From Raillietiella orientalis (Eukaryota), in contig JAYWIR010000034.1 in NCBI GenBank assembly GCA_036172245.1, positions 992,001-1,056,000 on the forward strand: 64,000 nt of DNA, written 5' to 3'. The notes beneath the pieces are model-generated. The model was not told the DNA's origin. It worked only from the letters and a program-made list of their open reading frames with translations, and made no database searches. Below, piece after piece: positions 25,300 to 38,537 of the stretch; position 1 is the first letter of the stretch, and each line of letters starts with the position of its first letter. The translations under genes and the position numbers were made by a program.

Positions 25300-27800
25300 A
25301 CCTCCTCCTCCTCCTCCTCTTCTCCCTCTTTCTCCCTCAGGGTCCAACGTCTTCGGGCCGCCTGACTTGCACGTCTGCATCCAGATGGGACCATCTTCTG
25401 CCCACGTGGAGGAAGGGGGGGTCATGGTATTCCCGACAATCGAGATCAGACAAGTTTTTGGCTTTCCTCATCCCCTCTTCCTCGTTCTCTACGCTCCCCC
25501 ACCCTCACTCCCACCCGGTGACCCAATGGGTCCGCGGTGTCCTTCCGAGCAAGGAAACTGGGTACAGGCCGGCCTCGCAGACCTCCAGGGGATGTACGGC
25601 GTGCCTCCCTCACCGCCAAGGGCACCCCCTTACTGGTGCGTGCGGAAAGGGAAACCCGCTCGGCCCCGGACTTTAAGGAAGCTGCGATCTCGCGAGCCTT
25701 CCGGCGTTCCGGGAAGGTCGACAATCGGGCGGGGAGTGGGCGGGTTCGCGTATCACCGGACGCGCGCCTGCGCAGCGCCAGGAGGACAAGACTGGAGGTC
25801 CGTTTGTAGGCGGGCTCTGCGGCCCCGTCTGCGGAGAGCACCGCCGTTCCACCAGCGCGCCCTAGATCATCAGGGAGGGAAGCGCGCGTTCCAGGAGAGA
25901 GCGGGGGGAACACGATGGATGAGCCTGGAGAGCGCGCATTGCGGACAGAAAGGTGAAGCAGTGGCTCCTTCGGGATCTTGCTTCCGAGACCGTCGACGGC
26001 GACGAAACAGGACGCTCCGGAGTCGTCCTCCCTGGAACGGGGGCGCCGTCTCCGGGCAGGAGCCGCGCGCCGCGGCGACGGCAGCGGGGTACCAGGCGCA
26101 CCGATAGACTGCCGCTCTCAGGACTGAGAAGACTGTCGAAGCCTCGGTGTCTCCACCCGCTGCCAAAGGGGTGGTGTGAGGTGGGGGCGTCCAGGGGAAA
26201 GGAACCGCGGAAGCGGAGGAGCGATCCCACTGAACGCGCCCCTTGGGGTCTTCTGTGGATCCCTACCACTTAGGACGACTATCCTTTCCCCGAGTGGACG
26301 TCCTGGAAACTGCGGGCTGCTCGGCCCTTTCCGGGAGAAGTAGGAGGAGGTGGGGGAAAGCAGGCGCGCCGCCGCTGCGGAAAAGCCTCCCCCTTTCTTC
26401 ACTGAATTTTGTTCCTGCCTTTTTGAAATGCCACTCCAGAAGAGAGCGCCGGCGAACTTTCGCCCGCTTCCTCCGTTGCGAGCCAGAGGACATTTTCCTC
26501 GCATCCCTCAGGAAGGAAGACGCTCCTCCTGTGAGTACTTGCGCGGGAGAAAGGACAAGGATCTCATCCGAACCCCGAGTCCGTGATGTGCTCCTGGCCG
26601 CGCGAAAAGCCATCCAAATATCTCGGAGCGATCGCCTCATTCAGGGATCCCGGAAGGGGAGCTCTGGTTTGCAGAACCCGCTACTGACCATCGAGATTCT
26701 CTCTGGCCTCCGCCGAAGAAAGGGGAGTTGCTGGAAGTTTCCTGCAACCCACCTCGACGCGCAGCTGCTCCAGGAGGTGTCCCGCAGCAAGGAATGTGCC
26801 TTCCACTTTTCGACCGCCGCCCATTTCCCTTCCACTCCGTCCTCCTGGCTTCTCGACGCAGACCTCCGGAATTTTCTCCTTGCTGAGAGGTCATCCGCGA
26901 TGTCCTTGCGCCGGCAGCCTCGCGTGCAGCGCGCGAGCGGACATCGAAGTTCCCCTTTCCTCCCTTTAAGTGGAATGCCTGGACTCCTGTCCCGTGGGCA
27001 TCCTTGTCGCCGCGTTGACGCGACCCTAGCCTCCGTGTCCCGCTCTGCATCAAGACAGGGGCTGCCACTGCCGCGAGTCGCGCTCGCAGCTCCCGGAAGG
27101 TACTGAAACGCTCTTAGGTCGACCTCGGCAAGGTCGATTTCAAGCTGGGCCACCCCCTCTCTCCTCACCGCGACACCACGTGCGCGGCTCTCTAAGTTGG
27201 AGTGGGTTCTTCTCGGGTGGAAAACGCTTTCCAGGATCCCAGCCGGCTCCAGGGCGGCAGGGATCGGGAGCGCGCAGCTTTCCTTCCAGGACAAATAGCA
27301 CAGCTTTTTCCTCTGCCGGGCCGTCTCCTCCTCCTCCTGACCGCGCGCATCCAGCAGCTGCTGGGAGGCAGCGAAGTCTGCTTGGTGCGGCTCTCCAGCT
27401 GCGCCGCCGGCATGGGGGGGGAGGGAGCGGCGCGCCCGACTTCATGCACGCGAGCTTTCCCTCTCTCCCTGCCGCGCGCGCGCGCGCAGCCCTCCCACTC
27501 CGCGTCGGCGGCACGGCGGCACTTTGGCGCGTTAAAGAGAAGAGGCTGCGCCCTTTCCCGAGGGGTTCGCTGCAGTCGTGGAGCTGCCAGGGCAACCGGA
27601 ATCTTGAGCGTGAAGACGGAAGTAGGTTAACTCGCCCGTATGAAGAGGAAGACAGAGAGCGGCTTCTCTTCTTCTCTTCCTTCTTCATCTCTCTTCCTCC
27701 TCCCCATCCCTTTCTTCGACCGTACATGACTCGCAAACCTCTTCCAGAAAACCTCTTTCAGTCTCCCCCGGTGTGTCCTGAGGGATGATGAAGTGTGTAT
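25300..27800 (+). mobile_element. Decayed LINE ORF1 plus APE-endonuclease region in a GC-rich island
   Basis: ORF1-like PDFKEAAISRAFRRSGKV and knuckle remnant HCGQKG, followed by EN-like SLNF...RFLRCEPEDIFL, RDVLLAARKAIQI..DRLIQG and LWRVKE. All strongly degenerate. Confidence 0.35.
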
Positions 27801-28279
27801 GAACGTTCCCAAAAGATCGACCGTCATCCGTGAGGAGAGAGAGGATACCAGGATCTGGGCATTCGGTTCTTCTCTCTGGGATCCTTTCCACCCTTCTGCG
27901 GTTGGATTGGCAATGAACCTCGACGGAGCTGCTGGGTCCGTTGTCTCCGGCGAACTGTTCCGGGAACCGGCTGAATTAGCCTCTCCTTCTTTCCCTCCAA
28001 AGATTTCCTGAGAAAGGCCTCATTCCTGAAACCTCAACTCCTCGCATCTGAGGTGGTCTTGATGCGGGACTCGGTCCCCTACGGAGGGTGAAACGTGGGG
28101 CAGCTCACTAGGGGTGCCCTAATGCGTACCGTTCGTCTGATCCGCAGGAGGGATATGGCCTTCTTTCCGATGCTCGCTCCCATGAAACTCGAGTTGGGAG
28201 CGGGAGGGCTCTTTCGTGTCCCGGAAGACCTTATCTAAGGGATCTTCTGTCATGGAGAAACATGAATGTCCCTGAATTA

Positions 28280-29800
28280 TTATCCGGGTGAGTCAAGGCG
28301 TTTACTTCATATAAAAATAAACATTTACGGTCTCTGTGGTTGGACCTGACCCACGTCCCTTTCAGTTCTAACCTGCCGCATTGCGCAGACCAAAGAGGTC
28401 CATCACGGCAGCAGAGGGTAGGGGGCGAACAAAAAGAAAAAGAAACAAAATAAAAAAAACAAAAACAAACTGGGGGGGAAGGAGGGGCGTGGGAAGGGAT
28501 CACATTCTGCTGAGGGCGGTCCTCTGCATCGTTTGGAGGATGCTGGCAAGATCTTGCCGGACGTTGTCTTCCACGGGCCATCTTGTTGCCATCCTCATGA
28601 ATCGGACAGCGAACTGGATGTAATCCCTGTCGCTCGGTTTTCCTCTTGCTTTGCTCCAGGCAGCTTCAATCCCGCGTAGGCAGCAGAAGGCTGCTAGCGA
28701 GGCTGCCGGCCGAAGTGCGTCCCGTAGGAGGAATTGTAAAGCGTCCCCAGAGTTGCCGCCGGGGGGCCCTAGCGTCGCGGCGAAGTTCCCCAGAGGTACT
28801 GGAGGGCAACACAATCCACAAGCAAGTGCGGGAGGGATTCATGCTCTCCGCACCTGGAGGATGTCCCTGGAGGTGATCGGCACTGAGGTTCAGCCTTTAT
28901 TCTTCCTCGTTTGTTCGCCATATACTCGCTTCCTCTTTTCGGATGCTGGAGGGCACGTCCCTGTACCATCCCTCCTGTCTGGTTTGCCGCTCCCACACTT
29001 CGTTCAGGGATGCTCAACGCAGGTTCGTGCGTTCCGGAACACCCAGCGCCGCTTTGTCTGGGAAAATGAGGGAATGTGGTGCTCCTATCACGATGGACCA
29101 CCTTTCATGGGACGACCTTTCAGTCTCGGAAGCCGTCGGAAAAGTGTCTCGGGCTGGAAAACGAAAATCCTGGATGCAGCACCGGTCTCGAGGATGCCGG
29201 CGCCATCAGCAAGGATAAAACGAAGGGGCAATGAGCAGCTTGGACTTGTTTCCAGTCGTCCTGAGGGCACACACCCGCTGCATAGGTGGTAGGCCGTCCC
29301 AATGCTATCCAATCTGGCAGGACGATCGGCTACTTGCAGCAGCAGAACCGGAAGCTCTGCTGAGGCAGTAAGGGGCGTTTCGTTTATTCACCTAGTCATC
29401 TCTGGGGACTTCGCACTGCAGAAAAATCCTGCGGGAATTTCTGGGTTCCTCTGCTTTCAAAGACACACAACAGGTAAGGGGATATTCGGCACAGGAGAGG
29501 AGGAGGGAGGAACTCTCCGTGCTTCCCTACCGCTGGTCTTCGTCCGCAGGCGCCCACGTGCTCTCGGCAAGCAAAACTTCCGTCAAGTGCGCCGTGACTC
29601 TGTGAGGTCGACGCCTGCATCCGAAATCTCTCGGAGCCTTCCGATCCTCTCGTGCATCCGTCGTTGCGAGCAATGGGCACATTCTCACCTTGAGTTTCTC
29701 CCCTGACATGAACCCTTGGCCTGTCTTCTGGTGGTGGTGGTCCAGAACGCCTTTTCCCCTGAAAATCGAATTTTGGGCTCGTTTCCTGCATGGCTTTGCA
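28280..29800 (-). mobile_element. 5'-truncated L1/Tx1-like LINE (ORF2 C-terminus plus 3' UTR)
   Basis: CCHC-type RCGEHESLPHLLVDC, then FAATLGPPG..AASLAAFCCLRGIEAAW..MRMATRW..stop. Nucleotides 28480-28860 align with 50635-51020. The 3' UTR ends in AGTAAACGCCTTGACTCACCCGGAT. Confidence 0.8.
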
Positions 29801-29844
29801 ACGCTGCCTCCCTGAAAGTCTCTGGACGCGACTCCTCCTGGGTC

Positions 29845-29960
29845 ATTATCCGGGTGAGCCAAGAAGTTTATTTCATATAAAAATAAACATTTACGATCTC
29901 TGTGGTTGAACCTGACCCACGTCCTTTTCAGTACTAACCTACCGCATTGCACAGACCAAA
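29845..29960 (-). repeat. Second copy of the ~115-bp LINE 3' UTR end (direct repeat of ~28278-28394)
   Basis: attatccgggtgag..catataaaaataaacatttacg..cctgacccacgtcc..ccgcattgc.cagaccaaa occurs at both sites with few substitutions. Confidence 0.85.
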
Positions 29961-32900
29961 CACTATGGAAGTCGACCAAAGCTCTTTCCTTCGTTGATGA
30001 AGCATCCCCACCTCCCCATTTTTGTCCTCTTTCTTCCTGTTTTCTCGTTTTTTCTCGTCCTTTCCAATGCCTGTCTTCAGCATGCAGTTTCCTTCTTTCC
30101 AGCAGACCCCGATAGGCTTTACGGAGGACTTGATGTAAGAATGAACAAAGCTGAAAGATGCTTCGGTAGAGAAACCATGCCCTGCCTCACATTTCTGAAG
30201 ACTTTGTCCCCTTGTCTGGAGTTTCTGATAGTCACTGCTTCTTTTGTGCCCTCGGCAAACCAACCCTTTGTTTTTGGATCAAGTTGCAACCTCTTCAGCT
30301 GTCGCGCTTGCAATCGATTAGTGAAGCCCCTGACTGTCGTCGGAGCAGCAGCAAAGGCACGTTCTTCGTTCATAGAAGAACGTGCCTTCGGAAGGAAGAA
30401 CCCATGTCTGGGGAGTCTTCCACCTTCCCTATAGTCGATTTGGTCTCTTCGCCTCCTCCTGGCGAGGCTTTGAGCTATGGTTTTTGTCTATGCATCCAGT
30501 ACATGCACCAGAACCACCAGTCTTGCATGTCCGAGCACGTACCTCTCTCTTTTGATGCACCTCATCCGTTTCCAAGGGAACCCAAGCTCTTACATGCGTC
30601 TTCTCTCTCTGGATCCCATGAATCCACGAGTTCTGAGACGATCGCTAGTGCCGGTTCAGGAAGCCCCCCCGGCGAAACAAGGAACCGACCCTCTGCACCT
30701 TTTCTTCTTCCCGCTGCCTTACATACTCTAGAGTCGGAACGAGATATTCGTAAGGGGGAGGGAAGACGAGGTCCACTCGGCCTTCATCCTGGAGCATCAC
30801 ATTTGGCCGTAGGTTGCAATTGTCTCCAGAATCGGTGAACTCCAGGTCGTCCGTTTCCTACTTTCCTGCAGAGTTTCGCTAAGCTGGATGCCAGTTTATC
30901 ATGATGACCTTCGGAGGCGTTTATAAAAGGGCAAAAGCCTTCGCAGTTTGAAGCTATCGCGCTCAGGACTCTCCAAGCTCCTCCTGGAACCCGGTTTCGG
31001 GTTTGCTTAGAGATCTTCGTGGCATCCGGAGGCGGGATGGAGCCACGGAGAACGCCCCTGGCAGTTCCATTTTGACACCTCACGAGTCCCAAGCCTGAAA
31101 TTCTTACTTGCGGATCAGCATTGCTGGTGACTCGGACTACTCTTCTAGTGGAAGACGGCCGGCCTGCCGGTACCAGTCGCTCATACTCGCGACCACCCCT
31201 CGGGGGGCGCGACTGGGGGTGGCTGCCTTCCTCTTTCTGGAAGAGGCTTGCGAGTTCGGCTGGCCATTTGGATTTCCTTCCGCATCTCCTCTGCGCCTCT
31301 GGAGGGCTCGGACGGCCGTCCCATACGCTCAGGCGAGAGGTAGCGGAAGAGGAGGAGGAGGGGGAAGAAGTGAGTATCCGTTTCGCAGCTGCCGCGAATC
31401 CGCGTCGCCTGCTGGCAGGGGTTCGAAGTACCAAACCCCCGATTCGCTCGCGGCAGGTCTCCCTCTTTTGGAAGACTGCTGCCAGCATTCTCTTCCTTTC
31501 CCTTCGGCAGGCATCCCATCGGAGCGAAAAAGTCCCATCTTCCCTTTCCTGAAATTCCGGATGTTCGGGAGCATCCTCGAAAACCTTGCTATTTGAATCT
31601 TGCTATTTGAAAGCTCTGGATCGATAGAGGGGCCCTGGTCACACGTTAATGAGTTTCTTATCACGAGGAGTCTTAGTTGATTTGCGAGTCGTGCTGGAGC
31701 GGAGCTCCTGGACAGAAAGCGGGGACCTTCCATCAAGCCCGGATGCAGAGGAGCAGCTCGGGAGAGTGTCCCGAACTTCCTGGCAACGCGACGGCAGTGG
31801 CCCTGGTTGCACCAGCAGGGGTTTTCTTTCCCAGAGAGAGAGAGAAGACTGAACTCTCGGCTGAGTCTCCAGCATTTCGAATTTGACCTTTTTGCTCGCT
31901 ACTTGAAGTCCGTCCCGATGGTGTCTCGACCGCCTCGCTATCCTGCCTGCAGCAGTGAAGGCGTTCCTCTGAAATTGCTCAGGACTCGAACGCAAGCGGG
32001 CGTTAGGGAACCAAGATTGCCTGCCTGTGTCGAGGTTCTGCGAACCCGACGGATCGGGACGGGAGGCCTGATGTCTTCGGCTCGGGATTGGCGGGGTTTC
32101 TCGGGGCCGGGATTTCGCCTGCCTGATGTTCTCCCCCACGAGCCCTCCTCTTCCATCTGATCGCTCTTCCTTCGGTCCTGGGCGGCGGGCCAATGATCCA
32201 TAACCTCCACAAAAGTCCATTATTTCCGACGAGAGGTAACGGAGATTCCGCTCCGCATTGTTCCCGCATCTCGGATCTCTTCCTTTGCTCATTTTCCATC
32301 TTCCAGAGCCCCGTTGGTTTCCGGCACCAGTGCTTTGGTCAGAAGGCCTGCTGCTGCTTTGCCAACGCTGTTCCTACGAGGAAGTGGCCCTATCAACAAT
32401 GCAGAGAGTATTGTCATTATATCCTCCCCTTCGAGACCTTCACCTATCAGTCAGGATGATGGATGCCCTTTGAGGATCGGCGATAAGAGCCTTCGACATC
32501 TTTCAAAGGTGAGAATTTCGACAGCTGGTGGTCCTTTGATGTTTTCTTCTTTCTCTTTCCGTGAAGACTTTTCGTAGAGAACGATGCTTATTACAGACGT
32601 TACGTGACGACCTTCGATCTTTGCTCCAGCCTCTCATGGCTTTCGGACAATGGATTGCATCGGACACTCCAACCGCTCCTTCGCTCCAGCCCCGTGGTCT
32701 GAAGACGGGCGAACGCGTCTCCTTCTCGAGTGCCATGCGTTAAAAGGTTTCCAGGGAAAGAGTTGGGTGTTAAGGAAAAGAGGTTTGCCATTCTCCAGCA
32801 TCTTTGCAACGGAACCCTTCCGCAAGCCGCAGAGTTCACTTTGTTGTTTTATGGATTTCGGCTCCGTTGACATGGAGACAAAGGAGGCATCACCGACGTG

Positions 32901-33199
32901 GGGAAGCGTTCACAGCGACCGCTCCCTCGGAGCACGCATCTGCTTTTCGTGCTTGCAACCACAGCTGCCACCCTGGACTTTCGCCGCATGCCCTCCATTC
33001 TGAGTGAAATTCCAACTGCATCAACACTGCATCTCTGCCGTCCTTCATCCGAAATTTCCACAGGGCAGCAAACTCGGGTCAGCGCCTGCATGTTTACCCT
33101 TATCTTTATTTGCCTCGGACACCTTCATTATTTCAGTCATTCTGAATTCATTAGTGCATTCGGAAGACGGCATCGACCGATCTCCGCCCCCCTCCCCCC

Positions 33200-34300
33200 A
33201 TCCAAGATTTGTTTTGCTTTGTTCAATGGCTGACACCCTTCCTCACTGCGAACCCATCAGGCCATTTTCTTCCTCCTCCTCCTGTGACAACGAGCAAATC
33301 AACTGTGATGGGATTATTTTCTCCGAGAATCATCAGCTGGTGTTGATGTTGTCCCTGATTTCTATAGCCAATGTAATGCGCGCCTGATGCAACAACAAGG
33401 CATGCATTATAAGGCTGTCCTCCTCTCTTACAATGCATCATATACATCCCGGAACTGTGCATTCATTCATTTGGATGTTACCTGGCACCCCACCTCTGGA
33501 CCAAGGTCTCCTGATCTTCTCAGAACACTCCTTCCGACAGATGAGCTATTACTGCAGCTGGAAACATCATACGCTGGAAGAAAAAAAAAAGACGCTGCTT
33601 TCGACTGCGCTGAATTTCGCAAAACTCAACCTTTGGGTATCTTATGACTCTTGCACAACGCGCGTTTTGAGCGCTGCCGCTGCCGAGAGCATCTCGTAGG
33701 GGGTGGAGTGACCTGCTTTCGTAGACTGCGGCAATGGAAGGCTTTCACTAGGAAGATCCTCTTTGATTTATTCGAATTGGCCGCCGATACACGAGATCGG
33801 TCCACTCGCGGATCCTTCAGCATCCTTCCTGTAGCCGTGAATGGACGATCCGCAAGTTGGATGCCATTATCCTCTGTTATGTCCAAGTGCAGATCAGGAG
33901 ATTTTGTTGGGCTCTTTGAATCTGCAGCTCAGGAGTTGTATGAGTGCCTCGGATGAGAGGCACCTGCAGACAGGCCTAGTTTTCCACAACCTCTGTTGCA
34001 ACAGCGGCGCAATGATCTTCGCATCATTTCGTTTATCACTTCTCGAGATAATCCTGTACCGAGCTCCCTCTTCAACGAGGTTATCTGTGCATATGAAGCA
34101 GGTCCATTAGCTGCGTATCAAGCAATCAGGAAGGTACTCCAGATTAAAGAAAGCATCAGCTGATCACAGCCTTGAAGATGCTTCAGCAACGTTGTGTCAG
34201 GAGCTCCATCTTTTTACACCAATGCCTGATCGTTATGTAGAAACATCCCTTACACTAATGTAATCTTCCAAAGATGGAACCTTCTCAGGAAAGAAACAGG
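33200..34300 (-). mobile_element. Possible Gypsy-type gag/protease remnant
   Basis: PDLHLD (gag DLTL-like), AQNARC (Mag-type zinc-knuckle remnant), then CLVVASGA (aspartic-protease DSGA-like), in the expected order. Heavily mutated. Confidence 0.25.
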
Positions 34301-34373
34301 AAACGACAGTAGCATTAAAGAAGGAATGATCCTATCATCGGAAGATAGCTAGAGATGACTAACATGTACATGG

Positions 34374-35108
34374 CACCCCCGAGGGTGAGTGCGACTCTTC
34401 AAGTGAGAGGACCTTGTGAGACCACCCTGTGAATCCAGGAAGGGATTCGGAGGAAGGAGTCCGTTCCTCTTACGTTTCGGGAGAACCCCGAAAGGAACCC
34501 TCGCCCTGGTTGTCTCCGAAGGGATCCCCGAAGGGAGCCTCTTCCTTGTTCTCTCCAGAGAGGTCCTCCGGAATGAGGGCCACTCCTTGTTTCTTCTACG
34601 AAGGGAGCACGCGAAGGCTCCTCTCCTGAAATTTCTCCTTCAGAGGAAAATTCCCACAAGGGAACCGCTCCCTGTTTCCTCCACTGAAGAGAACCCTTAA
34701 GGAGCGCCTCCTCCAAATTTCCCTGAAGGGCGCTGATCGAAGGAAGCACAACGCTTCTGACACTCTGGAGAGGCGACTCTCCAAGGCGGATATCGAACCA
34801 TGTCACGCGGTTCCAGTTCCACAACCGGAGGGGAACTGCGAAGGGAGCCGCTTCTTGATTCCTGGAAGGACCCCGGAGGGTCGACTTCCAATCCCGGACA
34901 TTCAACAGGAGCATCGGGTTTCCGACTTCCACTGGTACCGCACTTGTAGCCTATAAGGCCAACCACTTCATCCTGCAGGGGAGGGGGGGGGGGCATAGCC
35001 ACGATGCATCCCCCATTCTCGGCGTCGATCGTCCTGCGGGTGGGATTCGAACCAACAACGTTTGGTGCCGCGCGAGGAGGCAGCAGCCACACGGCCTCCA
35101 ACGCGGAC
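34374..35108 (-). mobile_element. Long tRNA-headed SINE-like element, copy A
   Basis: tRNA-like head 35108-35031 (GTCCGCG...GGTTCGAATCC..CGCAGGAC; B-box at 35053-35043). The body is the reverse complement of 38657-39172. Terminal hairpin CACCC-TCGG-GGGTG. Confidence 0.8.
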
Positions 35109-36399
35109 TGAATGGTAAGCTACATGATTTATTTCTTTGATTCTTCGTGGAAAATCTGATCTCACAGCTCCTCAGTCAGCTAGCTCAGCAGCCTTTCGAA
35201 CTTTTCCATCAAGGACCACGAGATTCCAAATCGGATGCCACCGAATCTGTGGTTCACCAGGGAACGGAACAATTTCGTTACGAGAAAATGCTTCATCCAC
35301 TCATCTTGAGTCTGTGCTCCTTCCATTTGGGGATCCAGACTTCGATCATTCAGGATGGGATAGCGAGTTTCGAGCGTCTCGAGCCGGAGAGTGGTTCCAA
35401 AAGGAACGCACCATCACGAGAGAGACCATCCGTTCCGGACACCCGCGACGGAACGTCATGTAATTTCAATTTCATTGCGGTGCCGTCTGTGAAAGAGTGG
35501 CAGATGCGATGCCATCCAGAACACAGATAACAGTCTTGGTAACTGTGGCACAGGGCGCCTGCTCGTCAGCGTTCCTGACTGCCTGCTTCCCTGTTTCATT
35601 CCTCCAGCAATGCCTGGAAGAATTCTCGCACAGAGAAACAAAGCAAATCAAGAAAGGTCTCCGTTTGTTTCGGTGTGCAGCCTTGCGACCTCAACCGCGA
35701 CGGAGCAGCTGACACGCCCAACAAAGTGTCGCAGCAGAAAGGCAGGAAACACTTTCAATAAACGAGCAGTCGAACCGGATGCAGAATTTGGAAAGCCTTT
35801 CGATTACTTTGCGGAAATGCTGTATACAATCTACACCGTGTACCTGTAGATTTGATAGCAAAGGAGCCCGATACCGATTTTCTTTATTAAAAACACTAGC
35901 AACTCATCAGGTATTGCAGCTTTCACAGCAGCAAAAATCACGCATCACATGCAGCACAGGCAGCATAAATCTCATTCATAAAGGTATGCTGGGGTCTTTG
36001 AAGATGGCCCGTGCTCCATAAGTACATTGAAATTCCACTAAGGCATGCTCCAACTGTTTTGGAATTCTCAACTACATCGAACAGTGAACAAACAAAAGCA
36101 ACTCTGTAGGAGCACGTTTTTATTGCCTTGAAGACAGAGGCAGGTTCTTGCATCAGGAAGCTCTCTGTTCCCTGTGCAGCCACAGGATCAGACACTCAGC
36201 CAGACTCAGACGATCATTCGCCTTTAGAGGATGGTGAAACTTCTGGTTTCGCATGAATCTTTCACGAGAAACCAAAGTTTTTAAGAAAGCAGCTGGAAAT
36301 TCACGAGTAGTGTTGGTCGGCTCTGCAGCGCTGACGCTGGGCCAAGCACTCAACTGCTCGCCTGCTGCCGGAGGAGTTACAGGGGAGATGGGTCCAAGC

Positions 36400-36800
36400 A
36401 CACCTGCCCCTATTTCGATCGCATTCCCCTCGCAGCCAACTGGAATTAAGGACAGGTGGGACTCTTTCCTCGTGCCTGCATCACACAATGGTCTACTGGT
36501 GTAAGGGAGCAGAACGTGCACGAACACCACGTCGTTTGCAGAAGAGATTGGCAAGTGCATCGCAAGTTTTCACGATGAGGTCACCTGGAAACTTTTGCAT
36601 TCCAGGTACTGCGCGACACCGTTCAGAATGTTGGGGTAGCGTAGTACATAATCATTGCACAGCGCAAGTTGAAATGATTTCCGACTCTGATAACACATTG
36701 ACAGTGGAGGTCAACTCAGGTGGCCAACTCTGATATTGGACTCCATGCTTGGGACATTCCGGTCACACTTCGTGTTTACACTCACGCTGACTTCACGCGA
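36400..36800 (-). mobile_element. Possible LTR-retrotransposon integrase remnant
   Basis: CVIRVGNHF (IVSDNGxQF-like), RYPNILNGVAQY (YHPQSNGxAER-like) and VLLPYTSRP (LLAYRxTP-like), in order on the minus strand across different frames. Confidence 0.3.
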
Positions 36801-38537
36801 TATTTCTGCATGCAGAGTTAAGTACACAGTCGCATACATATTTATCATTTTCTCAAAAAATGGGATTATTAACCGAATGCTAATGAAGTTGTTGATAAAT
36901 TTTTCCAAGCAGTGACTTGGAAGCAATTACTTATGAACATCTCAGTAGATGGGGATTCCTTCAGTATTTACTGTACACTTATTTTTGATAATTGACCCTT
37001 CAACACGGCTGTGCTGATCTTGCTATTCCAAAAAAACTTATCCGTTCGATGGATGCAAATCAAATTGCTGCTTTCAAAGTCACCATTCAACTTGACGAAA
37101 GAAGTTTCTGTCATTCGGGCTACAGGCATTCATCAAACATCAGGTGAAGTGACCAGCACACAAAATCGCCAGGAAATGCGGTGTACTGGTATGAGTAACA
37201 ACCAGCTAAAAACTGCAGACACAACGAAATCCCGACTTCCAAATAGTCATTATTCCAGATTCCAGAGTATCCTTTCTGTAGCATTTTCATGGGCTTCCAG
37301 GTGTCCCTGGGGTGAAGGCGTCCCTTTCAGTAATTCGAAGGGTTCCTGAGGGGAACTGCTACAGGGGCTCGGTTCAACATTCCGAACGAACGAAATCCCG
37401 AGGTACCATAAATATGTTTCTTATGTATAGATTAATATTTATTTTTAAGATAATCAAAAAAAACTAAACATAAATATGCTATCGTGTGCATTAATATACA
37501 CACAGCAAGCATATATTTTCATGTTTAAATTAATATCCGAATTTATTTCAGCGCACATATTTATTATTATTTATATCAATAATATGTGCTAATACATAAC
37601 AAATATTATAAAGAATAAACATGTGGTTATCATATACATAAATCTATTTGAAAAACAATAAATACATATAAAATGAATACATAAGCATCGTACATTATGA
37701 ACATAGTATTATTTTATCAATATTATCGTTTATCGAATGATCGAAATCCCTATAGAACAGATTTCGTAAGTCACTGAGAAAGTTCCATCTATTGAGTGTT
37801 GGAAAAACCAAATACAAGTTTCCGTTTCTTCCCATTTCCTTTTTTTAAATTGTTTTCGTTTTCGTTTGCCTTTTTATTTGTTTCCACTATTTGTAATTGT
37901 CACCATTCCTTTTTACTTTTTTATACTCATACTTTTTAAACTCATGCATTTCTATACTCATATATTCATTTAATATACGGGTGCGTCGCACGGGAGAAGT
38001 GCCTTCAACCACATCCTCAACCACCGCAAATGGAACGAAAGAACAATCCTCGACTCACCACGGATGATTAACCTGGATCAAGGGAAGCATCCTGAAACAT
38101 TGGAGTGGGAGGGGGGGACCGTCTCCCTCTATACCGGGAACGGGATCCGAGACATGAGATCCCCGACATGGCGTTCCAAGAAGAACGGGAGGAACACTCA
38201 CGCCGGACATCGAGGAACTCGAAACGAGAACTCGGTGCTGGCCTTGGAAGAGCCAGGACAGAGGAAAAGGAGAATTGTTGAGGATTTAACCCTTCGCTCC
38301 TTCTCCCGAAGGATGGTTCGCCGTGGGGATCTTGAGATGTGGCAGACGAAGCAGCACTGAGAGAAACGAAAGCGTCCAGGCTGCTGTCGGGAGCACGTCG
38401 GGAAAGAAGCGGCGTGCGCGGACGTCTAATCCTCTAGGGGCCCCTCGAACACGCGTAGGCGCCCCGTGCAGTCCAACTTCATCCCTGCACAACTCGGAGC
38501 TCTCTGCGCTGACTCTGGAAAACGGTTCCAACAGCTC

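Noticed and set aside
28278..29960. ~115-bp direct repeats as the LTRs of a small element
   Set aside because: The repeat is the LINE 3' UTR end. No TG..CA termini, PBS or PPT were seen.
35031..35108. Functional tRNA genes at the B-box sites (also 38538, 50255, 56487)
   Set aside because: Stems are imperfect, there is no oligo-T terminator after the head, and all run into the same repeat body. Treated as SINE heads.
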